A DNA stretch of 64,000 bases, taken from assembly GCA_964035545.1 (NCBI GenBank), contig OZ037769.1:5871929-5935928 (forward strand), written 5' to 3'. The notes beneath the pieces were generated by a model. That model was not told the origin of the DNA. It saw only the letters and a list, made by a program, of their open reading frames with translations, and did not search any database. Position 1 is the stretch's first letter, and each line of letters starts with the position of its first letter. Origin of the DNA: Bugula neritina. Its lineage: Eukaryota; Animalia; Bryozoa. Both the position numbers and the translations under genes were made by a program. This document shows positions 40,401 through 51,716 of this stretch, piece by piece.

Positions 40401-43400
40401 GATACCAATAGGGTAAGCTCTACCCGAAGGTTAACAATTTAAGCACTAAGTACACACTATAGACAAATTCAGCTTCTACTCCAGAACTTTTAGCTTCAGA
40501 ACAGAATGAAGCATACTATGAAAGGGCCAAATATAAGTTACATGATAAAAAACTGGTTGAAAAGCAAAAAGTAGTGAAATGCACTTGTTATTCAACTATC
40601 TCAATCAGATTAGTAAGGACTTATAGACTTGTGCATTGCTTGATTTATAAAGAGTTGTTGTTGGACTTGATAAAGTATAACAAACACCGTTTCTTTGCGT
40701 GTTCCCAGACTGTATTATTAAAACCACATGGCAACAAGAACTTATTGCTAAGCCTAGGGCCACACGGTGCGTATTTTCGCATGCGAAAATTGAAATCACA
40801 AGTAGCAAAGGTGTCCACTGTAGCGTCAGTGATGCGTGATAAATAAAGCATTCATTTTTAAATCGCACTCGCTTTCAATAAAACGCAATTTACTGGAATG
40901 TAGCAATAAATAAAGGAATTGGGCTCGCTGAATAACTACCAGCCAATTAGGTGACGACAACAGAGACGATTCGCACTTGCGTTAAAAATGCAGAGCGACA
41001 AGTGCGAATGTTTTCTCAACGACACCTTTGCTACTCGTGATTTCAATTTTCGCATGTGAAAATACGCACCGTGTGGCCCTAGGCTAACAACAAACTGCTG
41101 ATATATGTGTAATTTACCCGACAACATAATTGAGCCATGGACAAATGAAAGACCAGTTTGAGAGTTTACCAAAATAGACTTACTTTCAGGAACACCTTCT
41201 CAAGGACTGTCAAGAGGTTCGCCAAATCAACCTCCGTGTAGATGGTGTATGTTATGCGCTGTTTGTTCACACTGAGTAAATCGTACAAGTTCTCGTCAAA
41301 TGGACGAATAAACTCAAGATAGCCTGCCCCGGGATCAACCCTTAGTGCCAACTGCAAATCAACATTCAATCAAACCTAGTAAAAAGACTGTAAAACCTTT
41401 AATTACCAAAATATTTTTTTCAATCAAATATAAATTAAAATACTTCAATGTCTTTATAAAATTGAAGTATTTACTTAAAGAAATGCTTGATAAAATATTT
41501 CAAAATAAAATCTTGGAAGTTTCCAGAGGAGAAAGCGCAGTAACGCGGGGGTTCACCTCTTGAATCTTTGCTTCTGGTAGTGATATGTCTCTCCGCTTGA
41601 GTTGGATATGTTTACAAAGAGCCATATAAGATGTATAGCCGGCATGGGTCCAGGGTAATTTGGTTTTACTTAGCTTCTTGATTAACAACCTACAATCAGC
41701 GCACGCTTCAGTCAAAGTCTCCTGTCTACTAACCAAAAATCTAATTTCACGCACAATAGTTGAGCAGGAGAGACAATTACCAAATAAAAATGCTCGTACA
41801 ATTATTTCGCAGTATATAGGGCACGTTATACGATAATCTAAGTTGATCGTGAAAGAACGTAGACAAATGTTGTGAAAATGTAAAAGAGCATTTTAGCATA
41901 TCAAGCTGCTTCTAAAGACTATCACATTCCCCAATATTCACAACTGTTATATGCCAATGACGATATTTTAGACAAGCTCAGTTATTATAGAGACCATGAG
42001 AGATAACTTAAAGGAAGAATATATGACAAGTGCATATTAAATGTTGAATTTTATAGAATCATGTAAGTCATGATGTGAGCTTGTACCCAACACAAGTTGG
42101 TGAAAGGAACACAACTTCTCAGGACATGACAAAGTACAGCAAATTCCCAACAAACCATGTAACACAGTAGAAAATTAAGTGTACGCTTGAATGATGACCT
42201 AATTACACACAAGAGCAAGTAATGAAACCTAAGTAGAGTGTAAATAGTAAGTAGGCTCACAGCGAGAGTTTAATGTGATCTGGGGTCACATCTTCAAGAT
42301 TTCCCAACATAACCTCTGGGATGTGGTTGAAATCCTCTTTCAAGAAGTAAATGAGATGCGAGCAGAGTCTTTCCAGCCTGAAGGAAGAGCATTGGGAGTA
42401 CTCTCTCCTGTAACAATCACAGATTACATATTATGTTTAATTAAAAATGCTATTGAAAATGAATAAAAACTGGCTAGCATTAAAATTAAGGGAGCAGTTG
42501 TGGTCTAGGGGTTAGAGCGTTTGCCCACTAAGCACGAAATCAAAGGTTCGAAGCCGACAAAGGCCATTGGTGATGTTAGGGAAGAGCATCCAGTCATAAT
42601 TGAATATATGAATAATATGAATAAATCCTTAGCCTGATTTAACAAAAAATCTTCCATCAGGGGTTTCTCACAGGGATGGTGACTATAAACTTGTGTGAAT
42701 TTTTTTTGTAACAAAATTATATAGATTTATGAAAATTATTATTATATAAAATAAAATATAAATAGAATATTGTAGTGCATCGTATATATTAATTTTGTAT
42801 TGAATACTATTATTCACTATAAAATGTTGGTTGAGTCCATTGAATCAAAATGCAACAATGCTCGAAGTATAGATATAAGTTAATTTAAAAATCCTATAAA
42901 TGTGCTGCATTTTCATAGAGCTAAAAATAGTAACATCAAGAGTTATATATAGAATAGAATAATTTTCAAGTAACCTGCGCTTGATTATGTTGAAAAGATC
43001 AATATTTTTATTATTTCAATCGAAAGATTTATTAACTATATTGAACACTATATAAAACTACTCAGATATGCCCTATCTACAATTGCAATACCTAGGATAG
43101 TCAAACACAAAAAACTGCAGTATAATGGAATGTTCCATTTAAATAAACATGCTATTACAGCTAATTGCTAACTCAACTGTTGGGCTAGTTTGAGAAATCA
43201 GTACTTGAAAGTAATATGTCACCAAATTTAGCTAAACAAAAGAGGTGTGATAAACGACTGTGTCAGGCTAGCAAAATACACGTGTCAAGTTGAGTTTATA
43301 ACAACACTGCCGTTACATGAGCCTTACCTAACGATAGTAATCTCCTTATCCACCATGTGAGATAGGAGAGAAGCCATCACTTCAACATACTTTATGACCT

Positions 43401-45279
43401 CAGCCCTGCGCTACAAAGATAACATGTGAAAGACAGGTTAGGAAATAAAGCTCTTCAATACATTATTACCTGGCCTTAATGACATGCTACTGTGAAAAAT
43501 GTGTTCAATTGAAAAATTTATTAGACAATTTTTTTTAAGGGAGCAGCTGTGGTCTAGGGGTTAGAGCGTTTGCCTAGTAAGCACGAAGTCATGGGTTCGA
43601 GTCTCAACAGAGGCCATGGGGTTAGAGCTTGCTTAGGGGTTAGGTTGGAACCCCAGCAAAGGCCATTGGTGATGTTATCCTTAGCCCGATTTAACAAAAC
43701 CCCTTCTATCAGAAGTTTTCTCATAGGGAGAGTCACCATAAACTTGAGTGAGTTTTATTAGAAAAATTTCGTTTTGTTGTGGTACTCGCTTTATCTGCAG
43801 TAGAGACAATTTCACCAAATTTCCTTTCTTAAATCTCAAAAACAGTATTATACGGTGACAAAACAGGATATAGAGCAACCTAAACACATATATCTTGTGT
43901 CTTGCTGCTCAAAACAACAATAAAATGATTACAGTGCTGTTCGAAGCAGCTAGTAATGATAGCCTTACCACTGGAGGGTAGAAATAGGCCCTGGGACGGA
44001 AAACTGTTGAAAGGAAGCACATCAGTTCATCATACGACACATTTTCATTATTACACCTGCAGGAAATCATCTTGACAGCATAAATTATAATATTTCTTAT
44101 ACAAAAAAATATAAATTATATATAACATATATAATGTATATATAATACATGCAATAGATGTACAATAATATATAGAAAATATATGCTATGTTTGTAATTT
44201 ATATATTATATGCAAATTAGATAAGAGTCATTTTACTTAATTTAGTACACACTATATACTTTTAGCAGTCTAGCTTTTAGCTGCCTTCGACAGTTTAGAC
44301 TTTAGCCGCTAATGTATATAGTTTCTTGCATTAAACTGATAAAATACTAACAAATACAGCTCAATTAGCAAGTTTATTTTCTAATTTTGTTTGATTTCCA
44401 AAATTTTATCCTTTTTTTATTAATTTGGGCATGCTGTGTGATGAAAAAAGCATCACCCAAATTAATAAAAAAACTAGGACAAAACATTGGAAATCAAACA
44501 AAATTAGAAAAAAAATGCAGCATGTACAAATCATCAGCAACAGTGTCATCCAATAACCATAGGCATCACCGAAAGCAGAGATTTCTGTGACAGCATATTC
44601 AGACTGCACCAACTTGATACTACAGAGTCATACCTCAGTAGGAAGCTGGTCATTAACTTAATCAGCTTGTCACAGGCCAAATCATTGGCAACTATTGTGG
44701 GCCACTTTTTAGCGTCGTATTCCTTTTTATCACATTCCGCACAGTGATATCGTACGTGCTGAGAACACCAATCTACAATATATAAAGTAGCTAGCATCCT
44801 TGGTTGAACATTAAAACATTAAAATGCATTCGCTGTTACAAGTCATTAATAGTGTTTTATTTTTAGAAGCAGTTCTGTAAAAACTATCAATCCTATATAC
44901 TGCTGAGGTTACTAGATCTAGTTAAATGAACATCCATAAATATTGTTTCATAGCCCAAAATTTTGAGCTAAACATTCAAAACTTCTGCTATACCGTTTTG
45001 TTGTCTGGAAAAGCCAGCAACATTGAAATTGTGAGATAAAACATTAGATCATAAAAGCATAAAAAGTTGACTGCCTTCAAATTGAATTGGTTACTTTTCA
45101 AACTTTGGCACCAATAGTATAACACCAATCTATCAAATATCTATCCTTTTGTATATAATACGTTAGCCACTATTCATTTATTTACCCGAGTCATCTTCCT
45201 TTATAATCAGTTTGATCATAGGAGGCTTTGAAGTTTCGTAAATTATTCCTTCTGTATTACAAGGATAGACGTACTCCAT
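31426..45279 (-). CDS. Large uncharacterised nuclear protein: ~330-aa folded N-terminal region followed by a long acidic, then Ser/Arg/Lys-rich disordered tail
   Basis: About 22 exons, e.g. 45279-45186, 44772-44634, 44056-43969, 43410-~43333, 42407-42261, 41728-41557, 41351-41184, ~40208-40151, ~39596-39498, ~39251-38328, ~38149-37791, several small exons, 34871-33981, then down to 31437-31426 (..RPLRKRTK*). Phases join; the donor at ~43333 is uncertain. Contains many S/T-P-x-K sites, VKAE, DVIVLDD and RVTRS/RVTRR motifs. Family not recognised. Confidence 0.8.
32575..32655. repeat. Near-perfect intronic hairpin
   Basis: GTTCTTGAAAGTTGTAACGCAATATTCA pairs with TGAATATTGCGTTACAACTTCCAAAAAC. 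Confidence 0.85.
37836..37940 (-). repeat. Coding tandem repeat (SPVAKQP-TA/D) x4
   Basis: Repeated TGGTTGCTTAGCAACTGGAGA on the + strand. Confidence 0.9.
38560..38900 (-). repeat. Acidic coding repeat: 21-bp heptads with a near-perfect 105-bp duplication
   Basis: SDEESADMDKDYVEMDKDDADNGKDDVDNDKAGA occurs twice, with xxxxxDK heptad periodicity. Confidence 0.9.
40752..41084. mobile_element. PIF/Harbinger (Tourist-like) MITE, young
   Basis: About 64-bp near-identical TIRs GCCTAGGGCCACACGGTGCGTATTTTCGCATGCGAAAATTGAAATCACAAGTAGCAAAGGTGTC; TAA target duplication on both sides; 333 bp. Confidence 0.93.
42490..42710 (+). mobile_element. tRNA-derived SINE
   Basis: A box TGGTCTAGGGG and B box GGTTCGAAGCC; body (CAAAGGCCATTGGTGATGTTA...CAGGGATGGTGACTATAAAC) shared with the copies at 43539, 53888 and 20894. 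Confidence 0.9.
43539..43757 (+). mobile_element. tRNA-derived SINE
   Basis: Head GGGAGCAGCTGTGGTCTAGGGGTTAGAGC...GGTTCGAGTC; same body, with a partial internal head duplication. Confidence 0.9.
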
Positions 45280-45599
45280 CTGAAGCATAAAACAAAACAC
45301 TAAACTTTTCAGGTAAACTAATAGCAAGCCTGTGACATAGTTTACCACAAAAAAATGATTTGAGTTAACAGGTAAATTAAAATAAAAACTTAAAGAGAGT
45401 GTGTGCAATTTCAAGTTGCACAATGTTCAAACTCTTCAGTAATACTCATTATTTAATGACATATAACTCTAACAGATACTGCAGTAAATATGTTTGCAGC
45501 AGCTTTTCAATATAATATTTTCATTAAATACAAGGACAAATTGCATATATAAATAAACACTGAAAAGAAAACATAGATATTTATGCAAGAGTAAATGGT

Positions 45600-46720
45600 G
45601 TGAATCGATAAGTTTTGCTTTGTTGGTTGTTTATTCACTATAAGTATTATTATGATTATGATTAAATTTATCTATTATGATAACAAAAGATAATAATATC
45701 ATTTAATTTTATCAATATCAATATGAAATTGAATAAGAAAATTAATATCAAAATAACATCATCATGATCATTAGACTTAGTACTAGTAGTACTAGTAGCA
45801 CCAGTAAAATATTAGTAGTTAGTAGGCTAGTAGTAGTATTACTAATATTACTAATATTACTACTATTACTACCATCTACTACTACTACTACATCTACTAC
45901 TACTACTACTACTACTACTACTAGACCTTCACCTACCTCTACATCTACTCGTAGTAGAGGTAGGTGAAGGTCTTCTACTACTACTACTACATAGTAGTAG
46001 TAGTAGTAGTAGTAGTAGTAGACGTAGCGGTAGTCTAACTCTAACTTCAAGTTGAACTTTTAACTTAAAATTTAAGTATGTAAAACTAAAAGTAAATGCA
46101 CTGTTGGTGTTAACACAGAATACTGTAAGTGTAACACTAAAAATAATACTAATAGTAATAACACTAGACCTAGGGCTAGTCACTACTAGTACTAATACTT
46201 ATACTCATACTGATACTGAGTAATACTAATACAGTAATAGTTATAGTAATACTAATAGGTCTAGTAGTAGTACTACTAGTACTACTACTAGTACTAGTAT
46301 TACTACTAGTGCTACGCCTACTAGAACTAGTGCTACGCCTACTAGTACTAGTAGTAGTAGTACTACTACTAGTACTACTAGTAGTAGTACTTGTCTACTA
46401 GTACTAGTACTCGTAGTACTAGTAGTAGTACACTAGTAGTACTAGTACACAACACTGTAAGTGTAAGTCATAAGTGTAGTGTGTAGAACTAGACGTAGTC
46501 AGTCTCAGTGGTGTCTCGTAGTAGTACTCAGGTACTGAGTCTGAAGTAGTAGTAGTACTAGTAGTAGTAGTTGAGTACAGAGTGAGAGTCAGAGTGAGAG
46601 TCAGAGTGAGAGTCAGAGTGAGAGTCAGAGTGAGAGTAGTACTAGTTGAGCAGTAGTACTAGCACTAGCAGTACTGGTAGTAGACGCAGTACTAATAATA
46701 CTAGTACCAATACTTCTATT
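45600..46720. repeat. 6-bp-phased (ANT-NNN) tract with (ACT)n/(AGT)n, (AGTGAGAGTCAG)n and a 20-bp fold-back
   Basis: Visible directly; lies between the RPL29 promoter and the first coding exon of the large minus-strand gene. Confidence 0.85.
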
Positions 46721-46839
46721 ACGTCTAGCTCTTTTGTAATTGTATAGAGCTTTATGACTTATGCAGCAGCAGCAGCAAAGATAAAGACTCTTTCAAGCAC
46801 TTGTAGTACTAGTTGCACAGCTTGAGGTAGCCTTGGCCG

Positions 46840-46998
46840 TTGAAGTAGCCGTCGAAAAAACGTACACACGTGTGGGAAAATCAAATCGATCTTTAGCTTG
46901 AGATCTAATATTTCAACGGTGCCAAATCAAACCGGAAATGTAAATCCTTTCGTGCTAAGGCAAGGATATTCTCTTTTTCATTAATACTGGCTGTGAAG
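46840..46998 (+). promoter_or_regulatory. Compact, probably bidirectional promoter with TCT/5'TOP initiator and non-coding first exon of RPL29
   Basis: CpG-rich patch; ETS-like CCGGAAAT at ~46932; DRE-like ATCGAT at ~46885; TTCTCTTTTTC at 46969-46979; donor AAG|GTTAGT at 46998/46999; matching acceptor TTTTAG| at 48170. Confidence 0.8.
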
Positions 46999-48189
46999 GT
47001 TAGTTGATATTAATTTCTAATAATTATCTTGAAACTAAAGCCTTCTAAGAAATCATCGAAAAATTATACCGAAATAATTGTATTCTTGAAGTATCAAACT
47101 TTAAATAAATAACTTGAGTATATGTTGTTTTTCACCAAAATCGATCATATTGAAACCCAGGCAAAGCTCCAGCCTATAGTTGCAACTTCAGCTTTCTGAT
47201 CGTCAAGATTCTTATTTGAAGTCAATTTGATGTTTCCATCAGCTAGTTTTACTCTTTCTGGATAAAAATGATTTTTATGTAGTAATGTTAAAATTATGAT
47301 TATCAGTATCTAGATTGATAAAATTAAACATGCTAAGCCTGATGCTATTCTTGTCGTACTTGAGAGCATATAATTATAAAAAAAAAATTAAAAAGTCCTT
47401 TTCATTCTGGTCATGATCATAATCATAATGATAATCTGAATCATGTTCTTAATTATATTGTTAAACTTAATCGTAATCACTCTAAGACCTAAGTCACTCG
47501 CATTCATGTTCATTATCCTATGGTGACAGCTTTGCTTATTTGATAGTTTCATCATGACTTGAAAAAACATGTGCGGCAAAACCAGAGCCAGAGGCTGTTG
47601 TTGCTCTGCTTTTGCAAATGAAATATGAATCTACTTATAGGCTTTTTCAAATGGAATTTTAGGGTCTTTTTATCGTTAGTGTTGCAAACATTGCAATTGT
47701 AAAAAATGAAAAAGCCATGCAGTGACTGTAAAGTAGCTTCACAGTCAAATTCGTTATTCATGTGATCCAATAACTAGATGGATGTAAATCTATACTTGTA
47801 TACAGCATTAGTATTACTTAGTCCTTGCCATACTTCATATTAATCCTTTCTAATTTTGTTTACTTTACATTGACAGCAGGTCCCTGTATGTGTAGATACT
47901 CATACAGTCAATCCATGTGGCCTGCTAGCTTATTTCTATAAGTATAATACCCGTTTTTTAGTGTTGCCATTAATGAAATGTTCTCCAGTGTAGCCTTTAA
48001 AATATGTTTGTAAATGCAACAAATAATGCTCATACTAAGTTTTCAGTTACTTGATTAATATAGAATGTCACATAAACTTGAAGTAGATTCCCAAGTAGTG
48101 GGTCTTGGTGTTGACATTTTTATTATTGAGTTAAAGTTGACTATTAATATTATGTTTTCTGCTGTTTTAGCTCTGAAGTGAAACTCACA

Positions 48190-49638
48190 ATGGCAAAGTC
48201 TAAAAACCACACCGCTCACAATCAAAGTAAGCATTCTGTTTTCTAAATGTTATGTTATTGTATAAACTGCTGTTATGGTGAGTTAAGTAAGTACTAAATC
48301 ATTCTAGAAGGTACATGCCGTAGAAAACATAAAATTCAGCTGACAAGTGATGACTAAGGGCAAACAACAATTGAAAATATAGCAACAAATCGAACTCTCT
48401 TTTATTTCAGCCTTTTGCACCTGATTGAAATCTAAGAACTTTTGGCTTTAGCTCTATGGCTGAAATAAATTTGAGTTTTCAATATCAATGTACTCTTGAT
48501 GATTAATATACCCATTATGAATTATTGAAGCTGCTCCATAAAAATTACCCCAAGCTCTCCAGTTATCGGTTATACAATGTTTAGTTACACCTTATCATTT
48601 CAAATCATTTTAAATGTAATTTGAGGAAATTTACTCCAACAACCATTTCTGTTACTTTTAAAATTCAAAGAGTACTTGCAAAAATTCTGAATTTAAGATT
48701 GTGTAATGATTTTATTATTATATTATAGTGAGATTTTGCTGAAAGTGCTGTTATAAGTGTACTGTTGGTTGGTTCGTTTATTGTCTTAACTTTCTAATTT
48801 GTATTCTATCTAATTTATATTCTATTTGAGTCCATGGTATATTTTTTATTGGTGTTCATATAAAATTTTGCCTTGCAGACCGTAAAGACCACAGAAATAA
48901 AATTAAAAAGCCAAGCAGTTTTAGGAAACTGAAGCTAAAAGGAAATGTATGTATAGATCTTATTAGTATGAATAGATTTATATAGTAGAGAAATATTCAT
49001 CTTGGTAGGTGGTAGCATACCTTTAAGGAGGTTATAAACACATTTGAGAAATTTGGCTATAAAATTTTAATTGGAAGTGTTATTATACTGTGAACAATAA
49101 CAGTGTAGGGAAGCAAGTAAAGGTTTTTCATCTAGTGATAATTTAGACAACATTTCCTGCATTCTTCAATTTTAATCAAACCTGTCCAACACTTGAAAAA
49201 ATTAATTTTTCAATCCAAAATTCTTCATAATTTTGTAAAATAAAAATCCATCCACTTGATTCCTTCAGGCCTTAATCCATGGTAATACAAAAAATTCCTT
49301 GTGATAATTTGTATGAAAAAAGGTAAGACAAATCTAAAATAATGTGCAAGCTGCAAATAAATACTTTTGGTCAATCAACAAGTTGACAATTCAAAACTTT
49401 GTTGGTGAGAACAGCTTCTTGCCATTGCTTCATCTACCTTTTTCTTCTGGTATAACACTTCACATGCCTCCCTATATGGGGTTATCACACTTACTTGTTA
49501 TGTTCACCACGTATTTAATTTCTGCTGAAGGTGAGTGGATTTTAGTAATTTGCTGTTTGTTCTCAGGTATGTCCCAAGTTCTTGAGGAATATGAGGCGGT
49601 CAAAGAAGTATAACAAGAAACCAGAATCTTCCAGCTAA
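48190..49638 (+). CDS. RPL29: 60S ribosomal protein L29 (eL29)
   Basis: Exons 48190-48226, 48879-48946, 49567-49638 give [64 protein letters not shown] at ~49696. Confidence 0.97.
48344..48427 (+). ncRNA. Candidate intronic box C/D snoRNA in RPL29 intron 2
   Basis: CAA-GTGATGA (box C, 48347-48353) ... CTGA-TTG (box D, 48421-48424), 3-bp terminal stem, 84 nt. Guide matches to 18S rRNA are only partial. Confidence 0.4.
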
Positions 49639-50598
49639 TCAATATGAACGTTATCAGTGGATGCCAGCAATTTATTGTATTCTCATTTGAATCAAAATAA
49701 ATTTCTGTTGAATCTGCAATTTTAATGTATTTATTTGTTCACTATAGAGTCATCTTTACCAAGTATCTATTTAGTTTGCCAACCAGCAATTAAATTTTAA
49801 ACAATCGTTTATAAAAAGTTCATTTTTGAGTTGCTATGGACAGACTTGTTATATTCAAGTCTGATGTTTTATTACAGAGCTTTCTAAATAATTTCAATAA
49901 CCAAGCATGTCAATAGCTGTAAAACAGTTGCAACATAAATATGTGCCTACATTGTTCCAATAACAATGGAGAATTAAGTGCGTATCCAATTACATGTTTC
50001 ATTATTTTAACTACATGTTTCAAAACTACTGGGATTATTTTTAAGTTTAATAGAGCATTAACTGTTGCTCAGATTCTGAGGAAGTTGTTTCTATTTACCT
50101 GGTGAAAAATTAATTGCAAACATTATGTAATCATGTATAAATATGGGGGAGGTAAATAAGCATTCCTCAGTTGCTATAAATAAGTTGGGATATCGTGCAA
50201 GAACCAGCAGGTTACCATTTCGAGAAGCTCCAATTGCTGCACATAGTAAGTATTATATTATTTGTAGTTGTGTGATGTGTTTACTGTAGTGTAGTGCTTG
50301 TTGATCCTACAAAATGACTCATTGTGGTGTCTGCCTACCCTTCAAGAGTAAAAACACGTAGCCATCATCAGAAGTTGTAAAATGTTCTTTGAGGAATTGA
50401 TATTAATGACATTTGGTGAATCAAGCTGTTGGGTCCTAATGGAAGTTGATATTTTTGATCAGGTGTTTTCTGTAATTAAGGAGGTCTTGACTTCAGGTGT
50501 TAGTTTCTTCGGTTTTGCTGCAGTGTTTTCTAATGAATCTGACAACCCTCCTTTTTCTATTTATAGGCACAGAGTTGTACTCACCAATAAAGTATAAT

Positions 50599-51326
50599 AT
50601 GGTAATGTCGACTAGTCGAAAAGAAATAATATCACAAAGTGCAGTGCTGGCCAACTACCATACAATCAGTACTTTAGCCAAGTCTATTCGAGCACCATGC
50701 AAACCAAGGTAGTCGATGGACATATACTTTGATGTATCATAATATACTTTGACACTTCTCTTTCTTTCTTTATATTTCTTAATTTTACTTCAGCATGCTT
50801 GTTTTTGCACATATCCTCAATAACATCTTGATCAATAAATTTTCAATAACGTCTTAAATCATTTTATCACTGCTGAGCATAATTTTTGTCTTTGAAATAA
50901 TTTTTTTATGTTATTGACTAACATTCACAAATAACAGACTTGCTCAAGCATGTAACTGTGCTAACTTGGAGAAGCAGTAACTTTAAAAGTTCACATAATT
51001 ATATCTCTTTTAGTTCAACAACAAAAGATACAGTGGAGTTGTATTCTCCAGACACAGCCACAACAAGATTTAGACGCAAGTATTCCACTAAAGACATTCA
51101 AAAAATAACTGATAGGGTAGCCACGCCCACAGGAAGTAGATTTTCACGCAGACATAATTGTACACCTGCCAACCAATTATCTACTGACCGATATGGTGTG
51201 CCACCACACCTGTGGGGTCGGCAGAAACCGGCTAGCAGACAGCTGATAGAAAGGTTAATTCGGCCGACAACAACACATAGTCAAAGAACAGCTCTCACAT
51301 TGAGACAGCATCGGTCAAAAAGCTGA
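50599..51326 (+). CDS. Small basic protein with repeated [IL]xxR[LV]xxPT motifs (putative microtubule/axoneme-associated)
   Basis: Exons 50599-50708 and 51014-51326 join in phase 2: MVMSTSRKEIISQSAVLANYHTISTLAKSIRAPCKPSSTTKDTVELYSPDTATTRFRRKYSTKDIQKITDRVATPT...LIERLIRPTTTHSQR... The true start may lie upstream (acceptor at 50567). Confidence 0.65.
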
Positions 51327-51716
51327 TTTCTAATTATATCAATTAGCAGAATAACTATGTTTCACATGTCTTGCGTGTAATAACAAAATATGTGTATGTA
51401 TATCAACAAATCTTTAACTGGTATTCTTCATTTTTTTATTGTTCAATTCTCATTCTGGAAATTTTTGTAGCATATTAATATAATAATTATATAAAAGCAA
51501 AAGTAAATAATGCTTTTAATAATGTTAAAATTAGAGGAGTTTCACAATGTCATGACTATAAAGTCCCAATAATCTAGCAGTATTCACTCTGCAGTGTAGT
51601 AGAAACACAAACTCATATTTTGAAGTTCTCATAATTCCATAAGTCAGTGTGTTAATACTACTGCTTCTTCATTGATGCTGTATACATTGGAAAAGCATGT
51701 AATATTTTAATATTTA

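Noticed and set aside
40574-41172. ORFs sharing LGPHGAYF.MRKLKS
   Set aside because: Translations of the two MITE TIRs, not a protein repeat.
42490-43620. tRNA genes at 42490 and 43539
   Set aside because: A and B boxes are present, but there is no closing acceptor stem and a shared downstream body, so these are SINE heads.
31426-45279. Calling the large gene RIF1, ELYS or TERF1/2
   Set aside because: No SILK/RVxF or long HEAT region, no beta-propeller, and no Myb domain; the similarity is compositional only.
45748-46183. Poly-Y/V/T/L ORFs
   Set aside because: Products of the (ACT)n/(AGT)n tract.
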